Of a stretch of DNA of 52,209 nucleotides, positions 27,443 through 38,200 are shown in pieces. This DNA is from Candidatus Woesearchaeota archaeon (GTDB lineage: Archaea > Nanobdellota > Nanobdellia > Woesearchaeales > UBA11576), in NCBI GenBank assembly GCA_016929255.1, contig JAFGJH010000044.1, forward strand, positions 1 to 52,209. The letters are read 5' to 3'. A model generated the notes under the pieces. The model ran no database searches, was not told the DNA's origin, and worked only from the letters and a program-made list of their open reading frames with translations. Positions within the stretch are counted from its first letter, which is position 1. Each line of letters starts with the position of its first letter. The position numbers and the translations under genes were made by a program.

Positions 27443-30400
27443 TTCTTGGTCAGCTCTTTCCTCCTGGACTTTATGTGCGACCAGCCGATTATCAACGCTA
27501 TGGCGACGATGAGTGTTATCAGTGCGACTGTGCCGAGTATGAATAATGATTCGGTTGGCATGCCGTACACCTTGGTAGGCTCTTCGGCCTCCGGAGCGGC
27601 CTCTTTTGGTGCTATAAGGTATTTGCAGCTCTCGATGATCTGGTCAAGCATCTTGGCGGCTTCTTTCTCGTTCTTCTCCGCTATCATCTGTCTTGTCTTC
27701 TTGAGGAACTCGTTGAGCTCTAGGCATTCAGGGTTGGTGCTAAGCAGGTCCTCTGCGAAAGCGAGCTTTGTGTTGACCTGGGTGTCGTTGCCTTCTGCTT
27801 TGAGCAGAGAGTTGACGAATACCTTGACTTTCTCGTTGAACTCTGATTTCTTCTCTGTGCCGTCCTCTGCGACTGATATCGCGTCGGCTGTTGCTTCGAT
27901 GAGTATCTCATATGTTCCGTATGTCTTGAATGAGTCGATGAAAAGCGTCAGGAATTCCTTCTGGTTCGGCTGCATGATTGGGATGTATTCCTTTGAGAGC
28001 CTTATGTTCACGTTCTCGTTCGGCGATGTCGCCTTCAGGCGTATGTTCTCCATGGTGAAGTTGCTGTTGAACAGGTTTATCGGAACTTCCATCGAGTTGT
28101 TGACGTATGTTGTGACCATCTGGGGAGCTATGAGCCTGAAGGAGACGGGTGTCGTGACATATTTCGGCACTTCGTAAGGGACTGGCTGTGCCACTGCGCC
28201 TCCGCCCACAGGGATGATTATTACCTGCGGGATGGACTGCGCCTCTGTCACGTTGAGTGTTATGATGTTGCTGTAGGTGGTGTTGTAACCGTCGGACATG
28301 TGGAAGACGAGCTTTACAGAGCCTACGAATACATTATTGGTCACAACATGCACTTTGTGGGTCGAGTTTTCTATTGATATGTTGACTTCACTCACTGCTG
28401 TGCCGTTAGGGCTGCTGACGTTGAATGTTATGTTGTCATCGGTGTCCGGGTCGTAGAAGTACGTGTCGAGGTCTATCCAGCTCTGGTTGGTGTTCTGCTC
28501 CTGGCTCCTGTCCGCGATTGCGTACCCTAAGATTACCCTGTTTATGGATGGTGTCTGGTTGCTGTTGTTGGTTATCATGATGAACTTGTACTGTATGCAT
28601 CTGAGGTTTTCTGATGTTATGTTTGAGTCAGGTACCTTGTATGGGTCGCTGTAGTTGGAGGTTATCGTGGCTGGGCAGGTTGTCTGAGTCAGGCCGTCTG
28701 CTGTCCTGGTCTGGAATGAGATGTTGAAGGTGGTGTTTTCAGGGGGTGTCGTGTTGCCTGACCAGTTTATTGTGGTGAACTTGTGGTGGTAGTTTGTCTC
28801 GTAGGTGTCCAGTATTGAGGACTCGAACAGTCCGATTGGATAGTACGCTACGCCTGTGTTGTACAGTATGACCCCCTCCTCTTCAGGCAGGACTGTCAGG
28901 TTTGTCTTTGTCAGCCCTGCGTTGAAATGGGTGTGGTTGTACTGCCTTATCTGCCCGAACCAGCCGAGCCTGTTTATGTTTGAGACATTGACAGTCCAGT
29001 TTAGCATGGTGGATGTGTTTGTCATGTCAAGCACGAACACCGTTATGTTGCGCCACCCTGCTGACAGGAAGTCTGTCGTGTAGTTGTAGTATGACTGGTT
29101 GGCTCCTGTGATGTTGCTGCCGTCAAGTGCCCACTGGTAGTGGAGTGAGTCGCCGTAGTCTATGTCGATTGCGCTCACATTGAACATCATCGAGGAGTTC
29201 TCGGTCATGTTCTGGTAGTATGTGGTGTTAGGTGAGTGGTTTGTGATTATCGGTGCATCATTGACATTGAATACTTCCAGCCGTATCGTTGTGGTATTGA
29301 GCCTTCCGGTGGTGTCGTCAATAGTGAAATTGGCATAATAGATGCCCACCTGTGAATTGTTGGGTGTCAGGTTTGCCAGTGCCGTGTTTCCGTCGTGGCT
29401 TGTCAGGTTAATCAGCTCTATCCCTGATGTCACCGTGTCGTTTGAGGCGTTTGTGAAATTGACATATGATATGGAGAATGAAAGCGTCACTGACTCTTCG
29501 TCATATGCATCCATGTATATCAGCGTCAGGTTCCTCTCGTAGAGCGAGCTGTTCCACACGGTCATGTTTGTCGAGTGGTTGAGCAGCCATGATGAGTTCC
29601 ATGCTGTCGTGCTCATGTATCTGGACTCGTTGGTGTAATACTCGCTGAGCGGAGGCATCCAGTGAGGATAATCGTTGTACTCCCCGATTGTCAGGTTCAT
29701 CAGCGTCGAAACGTTGGATTCGCCGTCGCTCACTGTGATGTTTATTATGTGCTCTCCGGTCTGTCTTACGTTCGGCATGAAGCTTATCAGGCCGCTGCTG
29801 CTGATGTTGAACATTGTGGTGTTGCTGTAGTATATCAGCACGTCCTGGGGGTCAGGATCCGATGCATTGATCTGGTATTCGAACAGGTGGTCTTCGGTGG
29901 CGTTCTGGTCCGCAACCGGTTCGATTACGGGTGGCGTGTTGTATGTCACGTTGAACAGGACCAGGCTCCAGTTGTACCTGCCTGAAGAATCGTTTATCGT
30001 GATGTTCACCCAGTGCTCCCCGAAGTCAGAGTCGTCTGGGACGAATTCTATGGCTCCTGTCTTGTTGTATGCCCCTCCGTCCGGTGCCGTGGTTATGTCG
30101 AACAATGTTGTGTTGTCTCCGAAAAGGTCGAGATTCCCGTCCTCATCAGCCGCCGTGATGTTCATCGAGAAGGTGAGGTTGATTTTCATCCTCTGGTTGG
30201 GTATAGGATAGGGCTGGAGCTGGGGATGATGTTCGACATTGATTACTGTTATGTTGAATGTATCCTGGTCTGTTGCGCCTTTGCTGTCATTCACCTTGAC
30301 AGTCACCACCCAAGGGCTGCCTATGACATCCGACTGGTCAGGAATGAAGCTTATGAATGCTGTTGCTCCGAGAGGTGAGGTGTTGGTTGTTGTTATGTTG

Positions 30401-31794
30401 AGCTTGTCATTCGGAGGCGATGAGGTCAGGCTGAAGTTGAGCAGGTCGAGCAGGTCGACGTCAGTTGCGTTGAATTCGATGTATGTGTAGTTGCCTTCTG
30501 TCGTGAATATGTCTGGCAGGGGCTTTCCGCCGAGCACCGGAGCGGTGTTGTTTATGATGCTCAGGTTGAAGACCATCGAGGTGTTGCTTGTCCCGTCGCT
30601 GACGTTGATCTCTATGGGGTAGTTCCCTATCTCTGATGTCAGGAATATTTTGCTGATGAATCCTGTCGAGGGGTTTATGTCGAACAGGCTTGTATTGTCA
30701 TAGTACGTCAGGGGTTCGAAATCAGGGTCGTAGGCATCAATCTGCAGCTGGTAGAGCGTGTCGGTGTATGCGGTCTGGTTGGCGACCTGCGTGACTATGG
30801 GCGGGTCGTTGACTCCTGTCACGTTTATAGTCACGTTGTTGCTGTAGGTGGTGTTGTACCCGTCGAAGCAGCTGAACTGCACCACATTGATGCCGAAAAA
30901 GTCAGGATCAGGTATGAGACTGACATTGTTCGGCTCTGTCTCGTTGATGATTATGGTTATGTTTTCTCCGACTATGAATGTTGCGTTGTACTGCATGGGA
31001 TAGTCATCAAGGTCAAGGTCGTGGAAATAGTCGCTAAGGTTGAATACGCTCTCGTTTATGGTGTCTTCGACCATCGTGATGTTCTGTATGGTGTCATTGT
31101 TGATCGGTGCCCTGTTCTCGTTCGTGACATTCACTGTCCAGTTGATGAATGTCCACGTGCTGGTATTGTCGCTCACATTGACTGTGATGTTGTGGATCCC
31201 TGCAGAGAAATAGTCAGGGGTGTAGTTTGCGATGTTGTCTGTGTAGTTGAGGAGGGTGTCGTTCAGCGCTCCGTCTATGAGCCAGCTGTATGTGAGATAG
31301 TCCCCGAATATGAGATCAGGATCGTCTGCCGTGATGTTGAGTTCCATCCCGTACCCTTCCTTGACAGTCAGATTGGTCAGGTTCTCAGGATGGTGTGATG
31401 TTATGTTCGGCGGGTCGTTTATGTTTATTATTGCCCAGGTCATTACGTGCGGCGTGCCATTGCCCGTGTCTGTCTCCTTCACTATGACCCAAGTGCCGGC
31501 ATAGACTCCAACCTCATCGTTTGTGGGGGTGAAATTTACTATTCCTGTTATGGGGTCTATTTTGCTTGACATGTACGGCGGCTCATCTATGGAAAAGCGG
31601 AAAGGGTCGCTTTCATCATCTGTCGCATTGAAGTCATAGAAGCATGTTGAGTTCTGGTAGCAGGTTATTGATGATGGGGGGGTCGGCGTGAAATACGGCG
31701 CGGTTCCTGCCGCTAGGACAAATATGGCAGATGCCAGCAGGGCTATGAGCATCAGGAATGTTGCCCTTCTCTTATTCATGCTTTTTCCGCTCAT
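27433..31794 (-). CDS. Secreted, C-terminally anchored glycoprotein with tandem cadherin/Ig-like repeats
   Basis: Sec signal; repeated NxxP...NA(T/S)DxDxD...I+F(T/I)P...NITVSDG units; very many N-x-S/T sequons; TM LFILGTVALITLIVAIALIIGW. Confidence 0.85.
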   Translation of the reverse strand: MSGKSMNKRRATFLMLIALLASAIFVLAAGTAPYFTPTPPSSITCYQNSTCFYDFNATDDESDPFRFSIDEPPYMSSKIDPITGIVNFTPTNDEVGVYAGTWVIVKETDTGNGTPHVMTWAIININDPPNITSHHPENLTNLTVKEGYGMELNITADDPDLIFGDYLTYSWLIDGALNDTLLNYTDNIANYTPDYFSAGIHNITVNVSDNTSTWTFINWTVNVTNENRAPINNDTIQNITMVEDTINESVFNLSDYFHDLDLDDYPMQYNATFIVGENITIIINETEPNNVSLIPDPDFFGINVVQFSCFDGYNTTYSNNVTINVTGVNDPPIVTQVANQTAYTDTLYQLQIDAYDPDFEPLTYYDNTSLFDINPSTGFISKIFLTSEIGNYPIEINVSDGTSNTSMVFNLSIINNTAPVLGGKPLPDIFTTEGNYTYIEFNATDVDLLDLLNFSLTSSPPNDKLNITTTNTSPLGATAFISFIPDQSDVIGSPWVVTVKVNDSKGATDQDTFNITVINVEHHPQLQPYPIPNQRMKINLTFSMNITAADEDGNLDLFGDNTTLFDITTAPDGGAYNKTGAIEFVPDDSDFGEHWVNITINDSSGRYNWSLVLFNVTYNTPPVIEPVADQNATEDHLFEYQINASDPDPQDVLIYYSNTTMFNISSSGLISFMPNVRQTGEHIINITVSDGESNVSTLMNLTIGEYNDYPHWMPPLSEYYTNESRYMSTTAWNSSWLLNHSTNMTVWNSSLYERNLTLIYMDAYDEESVTLSFSISYVNFTNASNDTVTSGIELINLTSHDGNTALANLTPNNSQVGIYYANFTIDDTTGRLNTTTIRLEVFNVNDAPIITNHSPNTTYYQNMTENSSMMFNVSAIDIDYGDSLHYQWALDGSNITGANQSYYNYTTDFLSAGWRNITVFVLDMTNTSTMLNWTVNVSNINRLGWFGQIRQYNHTHFNAGLTKTNLTVLPEEEGVILYNTGVAYYPIGLFESSILDTYETNYHHKFTTINWSGNTTPPENTTFNISFQTRTADGLTQTTCPATITSNYSDPYKVPDSNITSENLRCIQYKFIMITNNSNQTPSINRVILGYAIADRSQEQNTNQSWIDLDTYFYDPDTDDNITFNVSSPNGTAVSEVNISIENSTHKVHVVTNNVFVGSVKLVFHMSDGYNTTYSNIITLNVTEAQSIPQVIIIPVGGGAVAQPVPYEVPKYVTTPVSFRLIAPQMVTTYVNNSMEVPINLFNSNFTMENIRLKATSPNENVNIRLSKEYIPIMQPNQKEFLTLFIDSFKTYGTYEILIEATADAISVAEDGTEKKSEFNEKVKVFVNSLLKAEGNDTQVNTKLAFAEDLLSTNPECLELNEFLKKTRQMIAEKNEKEAAKMLDQIIESCKYLIAPKEAAPEAEEPTKVYGMPTESLFILGTVALITLIVAIALIIGWSHIKSRRKELTKKNE

Positions 31795-31795
31795 T

Positions 31796-32230
31796 TCAGT
31801 CCTCTACAGATATGACTACATTCTGGTAATAGTGATGGCCTTGTTCATCTTTTATTATGATCCACACATTGTGTTTTCCGGCCTGTTCTTCTGTCGGCGT
31901 GAATTCTATCATCCCTTCCCGTGATATCTCGAACAGGGTGGTGTCATCGCTGAACACCACATCTTTTTTGTTGGGCTGCACCTGAAGCCTGACTTTCTGT
32001 CCTGTCCTCGCTATGAAGTTGGGGATGGTCTCGAAATGTAGGCTCTGGTCAGGGCTTGAGCCCGTCACTGTCGCGTCAGATTCGAACGTCTCCAGCGAGT
32101 GCAGTCCTGTTATCTGTGCCTTGTTCAGGATAAGCACTGTTATCATCGCTATAGCTACAGCGAACAGCAGGAACATTATGGCTGCGTTCCTGTTTCCTTT
32201 CGCCTGGCTTATGTCTTCTTTGTTTATCAT
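31796..32230 (-). CDS. Membrane-anchored protein with a single cadherin/Ig-like domain
   Basis: N-terminal TM then ITG; FSDDTTLFEISREGMIEFTP...GKHNVWI matches the repeats of the neighbouring gene. Confidence 0.8.
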   Translation of the reverse strand: MINKEDISQAKGNRNAAIMFLLFAVAIAMITVLILNKAQITGLHSLETFESDATVTGSSPDQSLHFETIPNFIARTGQKVRLQVQPNKKDVVFSDDTTLFEISREGMIEFTPTEEQAGKHNVWIIIKDEQGHHYYQNVVISVED

Positions 32231-32264
32231 GTTTTTCGTGTGCGCCTGAAGCGTATACTGTGCA

Positions 32265-35200
32265 TTATTTCCTCATCTTCTTCATGGTCTCGCTTATTCC
32301 CAGCTTGTCTGCCCCTGACAGGGTCTCGCTGATCTTCTCTATGTCCCTCTCAGATATGCTGATCTTTGTCTTCTTCTTTGTCTCAATCTCATTGACCAGC
32401 CTCTCGGTGATGACCCTCACCTGGCCTATGAGTGTCCTTATTTCTTCCTTATCCACTGATTCGCCCCCGTATTTTATCTGGGACAGCTCCTCGAACAGTA
32501 TCTCGACGGCCTTTTTCAGAACTGTGGGCACCTTGTGCTTGTCAAGCTCCTTGACGAGCTCGTCGTTCGTGAAGGCGTATCTTATGAGGAATACGCGTTT
32601 GAACAGTATCCTCACCAGCTTGTCAACCTCATTGGCCAGGTGTTCTTCATCTTTTGAGGGTATCTGCTCCTCAATGCTTGTCAGATGGACATTTGCCCAC
32701 TGCAGGATTGGGAGCTCTCTTTCCACCAGTTTTTTCTTTTCAAACATTCTTACCAACCTCATATAGTAGTTCAGCAATTTGGCTTTTAGTCTTATAAACT
32801 TTTTCTTGAATACTCCGAAAAGGAGCGCCAACAGGAGCAGCAGCAGCAGCAGCAGCGATGACACTATCAGCAGCAGGAGGTTCCAGTTGAATGCTTTGGC
32901 TTCTATGTGGACCTTGCATGACGGGCACGGCCCTCCGCAGTCTATGTTCACCTCTCCCTGGTTCCTGATGCCGTCATTGCAGGTTGCGCACGGTCCGCAC
33001 GGCCCTCCGCAGTCCACGTTTTCCTCGCCCTGGTTCATGATGTTGTCTTCGCACGTCGGGCAGACGGGGCAGAATGGCCCTCCGCAGTCGGACCTGTCCT
33101 TGGTGTCTGCGGACATAATCTGTGATACCTTCTCTTCCTGCTGGTTCAGTATGCTGTCAGTGCAGCTTGGGCACGGCGGGCACGGCCCTCCGCAGTCTAT
33201 TCCGGTCTCTCCCTGGTTCCGTATCTTGTCCTTGCAGGTGGGGATGTATATGCACTCCCTTGTCGTGTTGGGCATCTTGTTTGTGCTTCCGCATTCGTTC
33301 CTGTCCCTGCATGTCCTGAACTGATAGCCCGAGGGGAGGCATGGCCCCCAGTCTGTGCATATCCAGTCTTCCTCGCATATCTCTATCTTGGTAAGGTTTG
33401 CTCCTCCTCCGCCTCCCCCTCCGGCAGGTATGGGGGGTATCTGGGGCAAGGGTGTGAACAGGACTTCCAGCATGATTATGTTTGAGGGGGTGGATGTGAA
33501 GTAATCATTGGCATAGAATGTGATATACGCGAAGCCGTAGAATGTCTGGTCAGGTGCGAAAGTGACGAGATTCGTTCGGTCTATCGAGACATTTATCCTT
33601 GGGTTGTCTATGACCCAGGTGTATGTGATCGGGTCATTGTCAGGGTCTATGAAGTAGTCGTCCAGGTCTATGACTGACAGTTTTGTGCCTCTCGGCCAGG
33701 TCTGGTTGGGTATGTCTGAAAGGAGCGCCGGCGGCCTGTTGGATATGAGCATCTCCTCGCATGCGTCCCTGCACCTGTATTTGCTTGACGCGTTGTCATA
33801 ATAGTAGTGGCAGAAGTGGAAGTCTTCCATCGTGCTCGTTCCGCTCATTGATGAGTTGTCCTGCACAGTGACATCGAAATAGTATACTGCAGACGGGAAC
33901 ACTGAGCTGTTGGAGGCGTTCGTGAGGTTCATGAGTGGTGAGAGGTCGACCTGTCCTGTGCAGTGCGCTTCGTCCGAGACCACGCTCAGGTTGACGTACT
34001 GTGTGGAGACTATGTGCGTGCTGTTCCTTATGTTGACCACACATCCTGTATCGTTGTCGTCGAAGCCGCTTCCTCCTTCGAAGTTCACGCCTATGTTGAG
34101 CTTTTCGGTGTCATTGAAGAAGTTCTTGTCAGGGTAATTCTCTGCAGGGTGCGGGTTGTAGAACCCTCCCGACTGCGTAGGAATGGTCGCGGCAGTGAAT
34201 GTGAATTCTCTCCAGAATAGGTCGCTTGGGTTCATCGCCCCGTCATAGGCGATGGCGCTTATGTTGTATGTGCCGGATGTAAGGTTTGCTGAATGGCTGC
34301 AGGTGCTCGAGTTCACCACGAAAACGCCTGACAGGTTCATTGTGCAGAATGCTATCCCTGAGTTGTAAGTTCCGTTGTCGGTGGCGTTTACTGTGAACTG
34401 GACTTTCACTTCGTCAGGGCCGGTCATCACATTGCCGATAGCAATGGTTATGTTATCTATTGTGGGGGGTTCGTTCTCCGCAATGTATGTGGTTGTCGTC
34501 GTTGTGCTGTACACCCCTGGGATTGATGTGGAGATGAACAGGGTGTATGTGCCTGGGATTGTGCTGCTGTCAGTAGTCGATGTCAGGTTGAGGTTGAGGT
34601 TTCCGCTGAATCCGTCATCGTTCTGTGCCTTCAGGCCGTGTGTGTCATTGACTTTCACGAAGTTGGTGGTGGTTCCGGTCATGAATGATGTTGTGTTATC
34701 GAGCAGGGGGGATATGTTCCGGAGGCTGTGTTCTATGTTGCCCAGCTTGAGTACGACCGAGTCTGTGTTGAGAGAATTTCGGGTGTAGCAAGCTGTGAAG
34801 TTGTCTCCGGCATGGACGTACCTGATGCGTCCGACCTGTATTGCGCCCACATATCCTATCGGGTAGCAGGGATTGTTGTATGAGCCGAGTACGCAGATCA
34901 TGGTTCCTGCGCAGTCAGGGTCAGCGCAGTCAGCAGGCCCGTCGTTGTCATTGTCGATGGAGTCGTGGCATTGTCCTGGCCCGAGTTCGTCGGTGGTGTA
35001 AATGGCTGTTGCGCAGTCTGGGTCATTCGCATCTGTAAGCCAGTCATAGTCATTGTCTATCCCGTCTGTGCAGTTGTTCTCTGTGAGTCCGCAGAGCCCT
35101 ATTCCTGGGCCTGGAAGCCCTGAGCAGTTTATGTCTGCGCAGTCAATCGGGCCGTCATAGTCGTTGTCATCGCCGTCCCTGCACGCATCTATCGATATGT

Positions 35201-38200
35201 TCTCAATCTCTGCGCAAGGCCTGCACAGGCCAGTCATGTTGAAGTCCGCTCCGCTGAGCCCTTTGCAGCTTGTTGGGTCTTCGCAGTCTGTGTATCCGTC
35301 CCGGTCGTTGTCAAATTTGTCATCGCAGATGGTCTCATTCCTGTATTCGCACAGTGCGCCCGTAGCCTCGTCGCCGATTTTGTATATGCAGTCTAGGTCC
35401 TGGCAGTCCCAGCCTCCATATACGGGCAGTCCCATCCACAGGTATTCTCCGTTCATGCTGTCCGAGTCAAGGTCATTGTCCAGCTCGTCTGAGCAGTTGA
35501 GTTCTGTCATGGGGCAGGTCAGCAGCACGTCATGCCACCTGTCGCAGTCACGTTCATAGCTGCTCCTGTATGCGTTTCCGGTGCAGTCATAGTGATGGTC
35601 TGCATCATTGTCGAAGTAGTCGTTGCATGTGATCTCTGTGCAGTACTGGCAGATTGCTCCTAATAAGGTGTTTCCGACCTGTCCGTTGCAGTCTATGTCA
35701 AGGCAGTCTGTCAGGCTTATCGTCCCCGCGAAGGTTCCGTTTGTCTGCCTTGTCTGGTATGATGCTGAGACGCTTGAATTGCACCTGGTGCCCCAGTCAA
35801 AGTCGTTGTTTATCGAGTCTGCGCAGCTTGTCGCGTTGAAGTTTTCGACCGCGTAGCATGGTCCTGTGGTCCCGTTCTTCTGGAAGCAGTCATTGTCCTG
35901 ACAGTCTGTGTATCCGTCCCAGTCGTTGTCATAGCCGTCGTCGCAGGTGATCTCGTGGGGGTACTCGCACCTTTGGCTTGCGTTTGCGGGGTTGTATGTC
36001 AGGTTGCATGAGATGTCGAAGCAGTCGTATTGGTCGTTGAGGTCGTTGTCCTCTCTGTCGAAGCAGTATGTGGCGTTGTCGCTCTCGTTGGCTATCGCGT
36101 CGCTTGTCACCTCGAAGAATACCATGTTCTGGAATGCTGAGCTGCCTCCTATGCTCTTTCCGGCCGCAAGGTATGGGTGCGGTCCAAGATGCGATCCTGC
36201 TGACAGCGTGATGTTTATGCGCTCGTTCAGCTCCCCTGTGAACCTGTCTGGGAGGCCTGGCCCGAATGTCGTGCCGGTCACCGACTTGCAGTTGGCACCT
36301 GCTGCGCATCCTCCAAGCTCTTTTCTGGGCAGCTGTTCTATGCTTGATGTGCTGTCTCTTACGTCAAAGCTGTCGTTGAGGTAGTTTATGGATACCCTGA
36401 CTGATAGGTTGTTTATCGACGCCTTGTTGAACTTGGCCCTGAGCGTCTGACCCGGCCTGACCTTATTGAGGTACCTGACGTTGACCCCGACGCTGGAGTC
36501 GCATATGCCGTCGTCGTTGTTGTCGCTGTCTCCGAGACACACGCGGCATACATTGTTGAAGCACGGGTCGCCGAGGAAGGCTGAGTTTATTCCGACAGAC
36601 CTTCTTATCGTGTAGTATATTCCTGCGCAGTCGGTGTCGTTGATGTCGGTCTTGCCGTCCAGGTCATTGTCGATCGTGTCGAAGCAGCTCACTTCCACGG
36701 TGAAAGCGTCCACGTTGTCGGTGACATGGTTTAGGTCCGACTCCCAGTCGCACGCGACTTCGTCGAAATAATAGCCCTGTTTGAAGCTCCAGCAGTCGAA
36801 TGCGTCGTCTATGTCAGAGCGAAGCCAGGTGTTGTGCAGGTACATGAATATGGTGCCGTTCATGGTCTCGTGTCCTGTGGAGTTGGACGCTTCTATGGTT
36901 ATGTTGTATTGTGCGTCTGGTTTTGTGTTGGTATGGCTTATGTTGTAGCTTATGTTGTAGTCGAGGCCGTCGTTGATGACCGTGACGTTTGCGGGATCGA
37001 AGTTGGAGTCTATCTGCGAGAAGTCCACGCTGATGTTGAGGTCTGGCTCTTCCAGGTGCAGGTACATCTCGACAGTGTCTCCGTCTGCGTAGTATACGCG
37101 GTCCCTCTGGGTGTAGGTGATGTATATGCTGTTGTTCTTGACTGCTTCCTGTCCTTGCGCGCTGCAGTTTACCGTGACCACGTGGGCGCCCGAATAGTAG
37201 TCGTGGTGCTGTATCTCTGGGTAGTGCCCCATGTTGGTGGGCAGGTATGACCAGTTCTGCTCCGGCAGGGTGTGCGAGTGGTTTATCCCTCCGGTGATGT
37301 CCATCATGGTGAATGTCAGCGGGTCATAGTCTGTCTTGATATGGCAGGTGGCGCTTATCGGGATGTCCTGGATGGAGCCGTGCATGAAAGTGGTCACATT
37401 TATTGTCGGAGAGTTGTCGAATGTCTTGTTGCCTTCCAGGTCGAACCCAAGGAATGTGAAGTTCAGGAATGTGAAGTCCAGTGTGAGGTTGCCTCCTTCG
37501 GCTACTGTGAACGTGTCGTTTCCCGCCACTCTGACGTAGAAGGAGTAATCGCCGGAATCGTAGCTGAAGTTGTAGCACTGGTAGCCGCAGGGCACTCCGT
37601 TCCTCAGGACGACCGGTTCCGCGAACTGGGTGATGTTGAAGAAGGTGAGCAGGTAATTTATGTCATAGAAGCAGGCATATGTCAGAGGCGAGACTGAGAT
37701 TGTGATGTTGTTGTATGATATGTTGAACATGCTGTCAAGGTCTGCCGAATCGAAGTTCCTGTGGGTGAACACTATTCTGCCCGCGTCAGGCACCACTATG
37801 TGCGCTTCCGGCATCAGCACCCAGGAGGTATAGTTTGAGAAGTTTGTAGAGAACTCGTTCTTGAACTCATTCCATATTGGCTCTACATCCACATTGTTGA
37901 TTGTGAATGACACTGATCCCTTAACGACGCTGGTGTTGCAGATCCCCACTGATCTGGCGATTATCCTGTAGTTGCAGTTCCCGTCAGGTATCGTGGTCGT
38001 GTCGATTGTCGCGTTGAAATAGGAGTCATTCTCTGCATCATAGTCTGTTCCGAACCATTGCTCCACTATCCCGAAATAATAGTAATAGAAATCGACGAAG
38101 TTGACGCTAGACCCCCACAGTGAAGTGTTGTATGTTCCGTTGATGATTTCTGGCGAGCCGGGGCTTGGTTCTGTTATGTTAGGCAGTACGCCTATACATA

